DNA of 64,000 nt from Schmidtea polychroa (taxonomy: Eukaryota), in the NCBI GenBank assembly GCA_044892525.1, contig CM097885.1:234672001-234736000 (forward strand). The letters run 5' to 3'. Made by a program: the position numbers and the translations under genes. Below the pieces are notes generated by a model that had not been told where the DNA came from, searched no databases, and saw only the letters and a list, made by a program, of their open reading frames with translations. Every line of letters begins with the position of its first letter. Positions within the stretch are counted from its first letter, which is position 1. Shown piece after piece: positions 32,242-42,063 of this stretch.

Positions 32242-35200
32242 TTAGTATTTTAATTTTAACTCCTCACATCCACCTTTTTTAAAATGTTTGATCTTCTCAA
32301 CATTTCTGACTACCATCTTCCCATTTTGATCTTTAAGTAAGTAGCTCCGTTCATGTATTTTCTTTATCACTTTGTACGGCCCTTCCCACCTTGCATCGTC
32401 TTTATTTTGAATTTCTTGTTTGATCAAAACCAAATCTTCCATTTCAAAATCTCTCACTGTTTTGCTTATTTTTGGTTTTAGTGTTTTATCCTCTATTCTC
32501 TTTTTCATATCTTCTCTATTTATTTCTTTATTCGAGTACCATTTCATTCTGTCGATTTTCCTCCCAAATATAATCTCTGCTGGGCTTACTCCCGTTGTTT
32601 TTTGAACTGTTGCATTTAAAGTATATTCTATTTCTGGCACTATATCAGCCCAGTTTTTCCTTCCTCCTTCATTCAATGAAGCGTTAATATACTCTCTGAT
32701 TGTTCTGAATTGTCTTTCAATAATACCATTCGTGTTATGGTGATATGGGCTTGAGAAAATTAATTCAATGCCAGCTGCCTTTGCTAGTTCTTTTATACTT
32801 CTTGCTTCAAAGTTCTTCCCACAATCTACATGAAGTTCTTTTGGAGCTCCAAACTTTAATATCCATTTATTTAATAACGTCTCACTAATTGTTTTTTCGT
32901 CTTGCTTGTTTATGGCCGTTAATGAGATGTATTTACTATAGTGGTCAATGATTCCGCAAATATATTTCTTTTTGTTGAACGTTTCTTTCAATGGCCCACA
33001 TATATCCATATATATCTTCTCGAATGGTTCTGTACTCTTTATTGTTTGAGTTTCCTCCTTTGTCTTGGTTGTTATCGTTTTCATTTTCTGACATCTTTCG
33101 CAGTTCTCAATTACCTTTTTTACTTCCGTTGCTAAATTTTCCATGTCGCAGTTATTCTGGATATATTTCGTTACTTTCTGTGCACCTGCATGGCACAGTA
33201 ATACGTGTACTTCTTTTATCATCCTCTGTCTATTATCTGACGGTATCCATATTTTACCTTGCTTAGTTAGTACCGTGTTGTTTTCCATTATGAACTTACA
33301 ATCTTTATTTTCTAACTTATTCTTTATTTCTTGGACCTCCATATTGTCATTTTGCCACTTGTTATATCCGCCTTCTGCTGTTACTGTTAATATTCTGGTT
33401 TTAATTTTGCCGGTTTTTGGGTCTTCGTGTTCCATCATACACTGTACACATGTTCCGCATGTTTTCCTGGATAGCATATCCGCGTTTGTATGGCTTGTTC
33501 CTTTCCTGTATTCCATTTTAATATCCAGGCTGCTTAAATAGTTGATCCATGTCTGGAATTGAGCAGTTATTGGTTTCTTCGTTGTTACCATAAACGTAAT
33601 AGCTTTATGGTCCGTTCTCAGTACGAATCTCTTACCATATAAGTAATGGTTGAAATGTTTACAAAAATAGTATATTGCCAATAATTCTTTTCTGGTAATG
33701 CAGTATCCTTTTTCGTGGCTGCTCATCGCATGTGAACCATATGCAATGACATGTTCATGTCCTTTTTCATCCTTTTGCGAAAGAACTGCTCCAATAGTAT
33801 TGAAGCTCGCGTCTGTGTCTAATATAAATTCTTTTCTGAAATCTGGAAATACCAATACTGGGGCGGTTATCAATGCTTCTTTCATTTCCCCGAAAGCCTT
33901 TTCACACATCTCTGTCCATCTTATTTTTTCATTGTTTTTTCCGCATATGCTTTCTAGTGCTCTTGCCTTCTTTGCATAGTCTTTTATGAACCGTCGATAA
34001 TAGTTACAGATACCCATAAAGCTCCTCAGATTCTTTACACATTTTGGCTTTTGAAATGATTGTATTGCTTCTATCTTAGTATTATCTGTTTGTATGCCGT
34101 CTTTATTTATTATGTGTCCCAGAAACTTCACTTCTTTTCTAAATATTTGACATTTTTCGGGGTTCAATCTTAGTCCTGCTGTTGCGATCTTCCCTAGGAC
34201 TTTTTCAAATATGTTATAATGGTCTTCTTCTGTCTTTGTGAATATTAGGATGTCGTCTAAATATACCATCACTCCATCTTTCCACAAATCTTTCAATACT
34301 TTCGTCATTAATTCTTGAAATGTTCCTGGTGCCGCTGCAATACCGAACGGCATCCTGTTAAAACAGAACTGTCCTTCTTTTGTTGAGAATGCTGTTTTCT
34401 CTTGAGATTCTTTATCTAACTTCACTTGGTAATAAGCATTTCCCAAGTCGATTGAGCTAAAATATCTGGATCCGTGTAGGATGTCTAAAATTTCATCTAC
34501 ATTTGGCATTGGAAATGCTTGTCTTTCTGTTATCTTGTTTAATTGTCTGAAGTCTAGACAAAGCCTGATGTCTTTTTTCTCTTTCTTCCATACACAAACT
34601 AAAGGTGTGTTCCACGGTGAATTACACTTCCTAATTATTCCGTTGTTTTCTAGATTTTTTATTGCTTCCTCAATCTTGTCTTCCAAATTTATTGGCTGAC
34701 GTCTAGGTTTAATCATTATTGGCTCTCCTTTCGTGATGATCTTATGTTTTATCAGATTGGTACACCCAATGTCCCATTTATCTGCCATAAAAACATTCTT
34801 GTTTGCCTGAAATATTTCTAACAGTCTCTTATTTCCGGTAACCTTTAAAACGTCGATGGCATGACGTAATCTTTCTTCATCTGTTATAATCCGCCCAAAT
34901 CTAGCTTCTATTTCGCAAATGAAATCACTACGTTTTTCATGTTCTTCTAGTATACATTTCAATTCTATACCAAATAACCTTTGTAGTTCTACTCCTCCAA
35001 TAATTTCTGGTATTAAATTCTTTACTATAATGAATGTTACATTTCTTTCAATACTGCCCATTTTAACATTGATGTTTATTTTACCCATAGTTTCTAATCT
35101 ACTGTTGTTTGCACATCTTAGCGATTCCCTTGTTTCTAATATTTCGATATTTTCTAATCGATCAATTACAGATTTAGCCATCACATTAATTCGCGCTCCT

Positions 35201-35661
35201 GTATCCAATAAACAATCTACTTTCCGCCCTTGGATATCCAGTGTTGTACTCGGTCTACCTTGCATTATATTATATGTTATTACTGGACTTTTTTGTTCTT
35301 CTACTGACAAAATATTCTGCTCTCTAGTATCTTCTACAATTTCATTAATACACACGTCTCCATTTTTCTTGAGGAATTTGTAAATTTTCTCTATAGTTCT
35401 TTCCTCGTGTTTTACTAATTCATTTACTTTACATTCCTCTTTAAATTTTTTCTGAATTTCCTTATCATTCGACTTTTTGATTTCTACACTACTATTATTA
35501 TTAATATCACGTTCAAAAATACTACAATCTTTATCAATCATACAATCATCATACATACTTAAATTACACATACCGTTAGCATTCATTCTTTGGTTGAAAT
35601 CAATATTACTTAGTAAATTGCTCCGATCAATGTCCCGTTTGACGGAGCGTGCTCGTTTGGG
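32242..35661 (-). CDS. pol: Gypsy-1 Pol (PR-RT-RH-IN), entered by predicted -1 frameshift
   Basis: LLDTGA, YLDD, TDAS, H..LCH..C..C, D..D..E and GPY motifs. The frame is open from slippery CCCAAAC at 35661-35655. Confidence 0.93.
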   Translation of the reverse strand, partial: PKRARSVKRDIDRSNLLSNIDFNQRMNANGMCNLSMYDDCMIDKDCSIFERDINNNSSVEIKKSNDKEIQKKFKEECKVNELVKHEERTIEKIYKFLKKNGDVCINEIVEDTREQNILSVEEQKSPVITYNIMQGRPSTTLDIQGRKVDCLLDTGARINVMAKSVIDRLENIEILETRESLRCANNSRLETMGKININVKMGSIERNVTFIIVKNLIPEIIGGVELQRLFGIELKCILEEHEKRSDFICEIEARFGRIITDEERLRHAIDVLKVTGNKRLLEIFQANKNVFMADKWDIGCTNLIKHKIITKGEPIMIKPRRQPINLEDKIEEAIKNLENNGIIRKCNSPWNTPLVCVWKKEKKDIRLCLDFRQLNKITERQAFPMPNVDEILDILHGSRYFSSIDLGNAYYQVKLDKESQEKTAFSTKEGQFCFNRMPFGIAAAPGTFQELMTKVLKDLWKDGVMVYLDDILIFTKTEEDHYNIFEKVLGKIATAGLRLNPEKCQIFRKEVKFLGHIINKDGIQTDNTKIEAIQSFQKPKCVKNLRSFMGICNYYRRFIKDYAKKARALESICGKNNEKIRWTEMCEKAFGEMKEALITAPVLVFPDFRKEFILDTDASFNTIGAVLSQKDEKGHEHVIAYGSHAMSSHEKGYCITRKELLAIYYFCKHFNHYLYGKRFVLRTDHKAITFMVTTKKPITAQFQTWINYLSSLDIKMEYRKGTSHTNADMLSRKTCGTCVQCMMEHEDPKTGKIKTRILTVTAEGGYNKWQNDNMEVQEIKNKLENKDCKFIMENNTVLTKQGKIWIPSDNRQRMIKEVHVLLCHAGAQKVTKYIQNNCDMENLATEVKKVIENCERCQKMKTITTKTKEETQTIKSTEPFEKIYMDICGPLKETFNKKKYICGIIDHYSKYISLTAINKQDEKTISETLLNKWILKFGAPKELHVDCGKNFEARSIKELAKAAGIELIFSSPYHHNTNGIIERQFRTIREYINASLNEGGRKNWADIVPEIEYTLNATVQKTTGVSPAEIIFGRKIDRMKWYSNKEINREDMKKRIEDKTLKPKISKTVRDFEMEDLVLIKQEIQNKDDARWEGPYKVIKKIHERSYLLKDQNGKMVVRNVEKIKHFKKGGCEELKLKY

Positions 35662-36695
35662 TCATTCTCCCTGTTATACTCGTCTGGCTGGCTTGACTGT
35701 TTTGTATTCATCATTTCATCATCAGACTCGATAGCTGCAATATCTTTTCTGTTATATTGTTGGTTTCCCCATTGTCTTTGATGTACGTTCCTTGATTGAT
35801 ACATATCTTCCCTTTGTTGATAGGTATTTCTTTGAATTCTTCCTCCTGACATCTTCCTTTGGTCTCGATCTCTTCCTTGATTTCGTCTTTCCATATTTGT
35901 GTAGCACTCTCTTTCTTTGTGTCCTCGTGCATTGCATCTATGACATTTGATTGTTGGGCATTCTCTTCGTATGTGACCTTCAACACCACATGCATAACAT
36001 TGAAATCTTCTTTTTATATTACATTCTCTGCTACTGTGTCCCGGTTTTTGACACGTCCAGCATTCTATCACTTTAATTCTTGTCTCTGGTTTCCATTCGT
36101 TGATTTTTCTCTTCGTGGCTCCAACTTGTACTACATCTCTATAAGTTCTTCCCCCAGTTGTAGGTCGTATTGATCTCACCGTGTTTACTTGTTCAATAAC
36201 CTTGTTAACTTTTTCTATCTTCTTTATAGTTTCTTTAATTTGTTCCGCCGTTTTGAGATCTTTCATTTCGATTTCTTTCCTGACTTCTTTATCTTTTACA
36301 CAATGTGTCAATAAACATTTCTGAATTTCTTCCTCATTCCAAGTGTGTGAGGCCAATTTTTTAGTCATTTTTGATATTTTCTCTATAAATATTCCCGCTG
36401 ATTCGTTACCTTGCTCGTAGTTCAAGGCTTCTCTTAAGTCATCAATCAATGACGTTGGTTGATGAAAAGCTGCTCTTAATTTCTGTTCAACGGTCTTACC
36501 TTCTGCGGTTTCATATTCTTCAATCAAAGTCCTGTCCAGAAGTGTAATAACTAGTACCATTTGGGTCTTCACTGGTGTCTTCGTTATTTCAAAGAACCTC
36601 TGACATTCTTTGATAAATAATTCGAGGTCATCTCCTCTGTGGAATTTTTCTGGAAGTAATCTTCCAATAAGCAGATCCGTTGGAATGGTCGCCAT
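35610..36695 (-). CDS. gag: Gypsy-1 Gag with three CCHC knuckles
   Basis: CWTCQKPGHSSREC, CYACGVEGHIRREC and CHRCNARGHKEREC. The ATG spans the LTR/PBS junction; an in-frame start also exists at 36731. Confidence 0.93.
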   Translation of the reverse strand: MATIPTDLLIGRLLPEKFHRGDDLELFIKECQRFFEITKTPVKTQMVLVITLLDRTLIEEYETAEGKTVEQKLRAAFHQPTSLIDDLREALNYEQGNESAGIFIEKISKMTKKLASHTWNEEEIQKCLLTHCVKDKEVRKEIEMKDLKTAEQIKETIKKIEKVNKVIEQVNTVRSIRPTTGGRTYRDVVQVGATKRKINEWKPETRIKVIECWTCQKPGHSSRECNIKRRFQCYACGVEGHIRRECPTIKCHRCNARGHKERECYTNMERRNQGRDRDQRKMSGGRIQRNTYQQREDMYQSRNVHQRQWGNQQYNRKDIAAIESDDEMMNTKQSSQPDEYNRENDPNEHAPSNGTLIGAIY

Positions 36696-37389
36696 GTTAG
36701 AAGCTATAACATTTAATTCTTCTGTCATCAAAATAAATTACTAAGACTATTAAATCCAAAATTATATTTCATTAAATCTGATTATATAAACAAATATTCT
36801 TGGGACATTTTCTAAATTTTAATTTCAACCAAATATCAACATACCATCGCATTCATACTTGAATTTCAATTTTATTAAAAATTATTTTATTTTAAAATTT
36901 CAATTATCATTTCAATTTTAATATCTTAAAATAATTTAAGTTTCAATTAAAATTTTACAAATTTTAATCATGAACTAATTTAATTTAGTATTTTAATTTT
37001 AACTCCTCACACTAATAATAATAACAATAACAATTATAATAATAATTGTAGTGCCTTCGCATTATTATTTTATTTAATTTAATTATTTTATAATTAATTA
37101 AATATTTAAAAGGTTTGTTTAAATAACTGATAATAAGTGTGAAGAAGACTTTCAGAAAACAAAACAGAAGCAAAAGAAAAATGCAGAAGAGGAAAGAAGA
37201 AAGAAGAGCAGACTTATTTCAAAAAACAAGATGACAAAATATTCAACAGAAGCTACAGACTCATCAATCGACGTGCTGCAGGATTTTAATAATAATAAAA
37301 TCTTATTCAATCTGGATTTATTCATTGTCGTAATTTTGCTATTATCAGCTTTCTGTGAAGGTAGCTCCGTCACGACAACGGTGTCAGAA

Positions 37390-37534
37390 GTGTAATTATA
37401 GGGAAGTTTTTCAATATTCTCATTTATACATTTACTCAGGACATCATTCAGATTTTCATACACCCAAAAAAGTCATTATATGATAAATTTTGTCTAAGAG
37501 TCGAACCATACAAATTATTAATATCTATATACAA
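37390..37534 (-). pseudogene. Degenerate pPolB fragment (motif A region)
   Basis: LYIDINNLYG...WVYENLNDVLSKCINENIEKLPYNYT matches PolB copy 2. Confidence 0.85.
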
Positions 37535-38602
37535 CAGTGGTGCCCAACCCAAATCAATCAAAGGGCCAAATTTTCGGAAAAATACTATCACGGGCCACAA
37601 TAAATTCATTTAAATAAATATAACTCGTTTTTACGATTCAAGTAAACTTAGAATCAATTTTTTAAATTAAAAACATGCTTAAAACATGCTTCGAATATAA
37701 ATTCTAAAAAAGACAATTATTGATTTGATGTTTAAAATTGTGTCCGGGCCACATCAAAACTCTTCGCGGGCCACCGATTCAACAGACAACTTGAAGTCAC
37801 TTACTTTTCACTAACTCGGCCCCTAATTTCCCTCGTATAACAGCTCTTGTTAAATTTCATTATCTAATGAATCATCTGATTCATTAAAAAATTAAAAATG
37901 GCAACTACTTCATTATAACAAAAAAAATGACTACCACTTAGTTAAACTAAAAATTAAAAATGGCGACTTCTTCACTAAAAACTTTTAATATTACGCAATT
38001 GTATTATATAATCATATTCTTTACGTAAACACTTTCCTACCTTAAAGTCCTTGCAAGGCACAACTTAACTTCCTGCTGAAATCAACACAGAAACGTACTG
38101 CATCAATATTTCCAACTTGTGGAATGAGTTTTAAGAACGATTTGCCTACTTTAAATACCTTGAAAAGGAAATTGCCATTTTCCAGTATCCGTTCTCGGTT
38201 TATGTTAATGGGGCACCAGATCTACTTCAGCTGAAATTAATTGAGCTCCAGTGCGATTCTGTTTTGAGAAAAAAATTTTCAGGTGTTGATATTGACACAT
38301 TTGATCTATATGTTGGACCAAATTATTATATGATTATCTTCAAAGATAATGATCATATTAGGAAGTACATACGTATGTGAACAGTATGTTTCTGTAATAA
38401 ACATAAACTAAACTCGGCTTCGCTCGAAACTTTCTAACAAGCACCTTAATTCAATACTGAAGGTTGCTACACCACAGTCATTGGTGCCAAACTTTGATGA
38501 ACTTTTAATAGCAAGAGGTGGCAAGTATCTGTAGACAACAGTAGCAGGCAGTAATGAAATAATAAATAAGAATATATACATCCGATAACATGGGTAAATT
38601 AA

Positions 38603-38664
<62 letters not shown>

Positions 38665-38748
38665 AAGAAAATTGTACTATAAGCGTCCCACATGATGTGC
38701 ACTTATAGTAAATGTGGCCCTCTGTATCAACTGAGTTTGACATCCCTG
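37535..38748 (+). mobile_element. Degraded Buster/SPIN-type hAT remnant(s)
   Basis: CAGTGGTGCCCAACC and GAGTTTGACATCCCTG ends. Broken transposase C-terminus (LQLKLIELQCD, GSTYVCEQ..NKTRLRSKL). No matching TSD. Confidence 0.7.
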
Positions 38749-38749
38749 A

Positions 38750-39456
38750 ACTAAACCAAACTGACTATAACTAAAATAAAATACATAATTAAATATTAGT
38801 TTGTTGAAATTAGCAAGAGTAGTTAGTTGTTACAAAATGTGGTTCTAAGAAAATACTAAAAGAAAAACCTTTAGATAGTAAAAAGTGGTTTTGCAAAGAT
38901 TTTTATAACAAAAATCGATTTAGAAAAATCTTGACAACAAGAAGTGGTAAAGTGATCATTGAGACGGCCCTTCATATAGTTTATCTGTGCATGCATTCGA
39001 CCAATCAGGATTGATCATCTGTGCTGTTGATCGTGATTTATTTTATTTTTTTATTGTAGAATAATATATTTTAATTTTTGATCTTAAATTCCAATCATTT
39101 TGATTGGTTTATTTCTTTATTTTGTTTTAATTTACTGTTTTTTCACATTAATTTCTTTTCTTTTTATTCTTGATTGATCGAATGATCGCTTTTACATACC
39201 ATTTTTATTCTATGGAAATGTAGTATGTTGTATTTTTCAGCGATTTATTCTTTGTTTTAATTCTTTTCATGGGTTTCGTGTGCTAATGCTTGTTTTCTTT
39301 AATTTTAATACTTTCTTTACTTATTCTTACTCTTGTTATGTTTTTATTTTTGCTTTATTTATACGTGTTATGTGGTTCGTTTCGGTTGACCATTTTCTTA
39401 GTTAATTAAAACAAGCAAAAAAAATTTAAAAAATATATTTGAATCTTAGCCCAACA
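38750..39456 (-). repeat. 5' end of another large LTR-like family copy (reverse orientation)
   Basis: Ends TTAGCCCAACA (reverse complement TGTTGGGCTAA). A-rich tract then GATTGG/TATA arrangement like 51698-52065. Confidence 0.65.
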
Positions 39457-40386
39457 TTTGTAAAGTTATTTAATGAAAATTGTACATATAAACCTGAATT
39501 ATTTATTCCCTGCTCTGCGTTATACAACATAGAATCCAATGTGTGTGAATATTTTTCGAGTGATAAAATAGTAATACTAAGTATTAAAAATTAAGATTTT
39601 CATACTATTGTTAAAAGAATTATTTACGATTTAAAGGATTTGATTTGATCTTTATCAATTTTTAAGAGGATTTGCTTGAATATTTATGTACCAATCGACC
39701 ACGTTTTGTTCATGTCTGTCACTTGTAACCTTGTTTAAAATAGAAATAGTATAAATATCTGGTTCAAATCACTATTGATTACAAATGGAACATGAAATTA
39801 CAGGGTTTTTGTTCTTTGTGAATATTCCATTTAATAGTTTGTTAATTTAGGATTATTGAAAAAAGATTCTGGTGTCCCTCAAGAATTTGGAAAACGAAAA
39901 TTTAAAGAAGCGACTTTATATTTGGAAGCTTTATTCACTGTTCGAGTATAGCAGAAAAAGACTGTAGAATTTTTACAATACAAACTAAATTATTTTTATT
40001 GTCCAATTTTTTATATATTTAAGGTAACTTTTTATAAATTACTTTGGATTTATTTATCTATTTTGTTGTTAGGAGCCAGTAACTCTGGAAAAATGTTTTT
40101 ATAATGTGAGAGTTTCAAAAATTTCAAAGAAATTTGACAATAAGATCATTTAGGGGCAATATTTTCAAAGAATAAATGAAAATATAGATTTCAATAAGGA
40201 AGAAATATTTATCAAATTAAATTCAGAAGATGATTAAAATAGCTTGCATGATTACAATAATTATTCAAGGATATAATGTGAGCAGAGACCAAATCAAACT
40301 AATTTGGAAGATTATAAAAGTCGAAGAAAAGTTTGACAACTATCGTTGTAAAGTTTACTGATGTTTGAATATTAGTTTAGTAAATC

Positions 40387-40427
<41 letters not shown>

Positions 40428-41613
40428 GTATGTTAACTTGTTTTATAAAAATAACTAAATTAAATTTTATTAATTATCACATGTAAAGTTTTCATCTTCG
40501 CAATTTCTTTTCATTATATTTTCAACAACATTATCAATACAATTACTAAACTCATTAGATTCATCTTCTTGTTTAGGTTCATTTGGTGATTTATCATTTG
40601 TAGAATCCTCAATACATGACTTAATTTCTTCACTAGTTAAATCATTACATACATGATCATCTTCCTGTTTAGAATCTTTTTCAGATTCGTCAGTATATGA
40701 CATATTTTTTCACTAATTTCATATTCTGAATACGGCAATTTTAATTTTTCTGAAACATTCATAAATTCTCTAATTTTTACATCAGATTTTTCCTCTAATT
40801 TATCAATCAAAAAGTTGATTATATATGCTAAATAAAAATTAACTAATATTCATATTTTACCTTTCTCCGACATAGTTGACATGATTTAAACTTAAAAATA
40901 TGTTGTTTATACCTTAAATTGATGTAGCATTATTTAACCAACAACAAACATCAACCAAGATTTATTTAAGTTTTTGATACACCTTTATACATGTATTTGC
41001 AACTTCTAACTCAGTCATTAGTTTCTTTAGCTTTTCATATTTGGTATCATTCTCTTATGCTTTTGTAGCGAGTTAAATCATTTTAGTCCATCCACTATGA
41101 TCATCGACCCATGGTACAATTTATGATTCACTAATCTAAATAATGATGATGATAATATCGGATTAATCATTAAAATAATACACCTCTACAGACCATTGAA
41201 AATAATTTTCAAAGTCTGAGGTCGATTTCTTTAAAATATGTTTCATATACATGAAACCTACGATAATTCATGACCATGTCATTTTATCAAATAATGTATA
41301 AAATATTCACTTGAATAATTTTTTCTTTTGTTCAATTATCTCTAAATTGATGATAGTTTTGTACTCGATAGAATTATCTTCAACCTTTTTCTTCGTGTGA
41401 TAAACAAGGAATTGCAAGAGAAAAGACCATTTAACAGGTCAACCATAGATGTTGTTTGCGTGATTTATAAATAATTGTTTAAATGAGAGTCTATTTATAT
41501 TATTACTCTTGAGATATATTATTAATGAAAGAATATTATTGGTTAAATATAAAAGAAAAATTAATTTTAACAATATTCAAACTATAACTCCACCATTGCT
41601 GGAACTGACGGTG

Positions 41614-41790
41614 AGTAGTTAGATGTGAGCTCGCAGGAACAAAGACATTATGAGTCATGCTCTTTTGGAGATTAAAGACAGTGAGTCATCACTCATACCA
41701 TTAACCATATGATGACTCATACTCATGCTTTGCCCTACAAAAAGCATGACACATAATGTCTTTGTTCCCGTGGGCTCACATCTCACTACT
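41614..41790. mobile_element. 177-bp Polinton-ended mini-element (MITE-like)
   Basis: ~48-bp imperfect TIR starting AGTAGT. Shares AACAAAGACAT and ATGAGTCAT motifs with the large Polinton end. Confidence 0.72.
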
Positions 41791-41874
41791 GATGATGATG
41801 ATTTTAATCTTTGAATTTTTTAATAAGTGTACATCAACGTTGCTAGAAGACTTTGGAGACATATAATTTATTAA

Positions 41875-42063
41875 TGTCAAATACTGATTATCCCTCCGGA
41901 GAAAGTAATTATATTGTAAGTATCTTGAGCATGATACACACATGCATTAATAATACAATATTACACCTTTGACTTCCATACATACATTACATAATAATCA
42001 GTCATACAAATTCAACATACAATAATATTATTTCAAAAATGTATTATTTACAGTTTTCCTACA
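41875..42063 (-). repeat. Probable 3' LTR of an older Gypsy (Gypsy-3)
   Basis: Minus-strand TGTAGG follows a PPT split by the Gypsy-2 insertion. The left boundary is a guess. Confidence 0.5.

Larger units (their letters stand above)
31952..37011 (-). mobile_element. Intact Ty3/Gypsy LTR retrotransposon (Gypsy-1), 5060 bp
   Basis: 317-bp LTRs (31952-32268 and 36695-37011) that read identical, TG..CA ends, 5-bp TSD CTAAT, PBS TGGCGACC and PPT AAAAAAGGTGGA. Confidence 0.97.

Noticed and set aside
32420..36173. Short antisense or alternative-frame ORFs within Gypsy-1 (and similar ones in both hATs and Gypsy-2)
   Set aside because: Shadow ORFs of long coding regions with no recognisable motifs.
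27081..39456. One continuous reverse-oriented solo LTR with nested insertions
   Set aside because: No TSD, the 3' terminal ~100 bp is missing, and a PolB fragment lies inside. More likely separate fragments.
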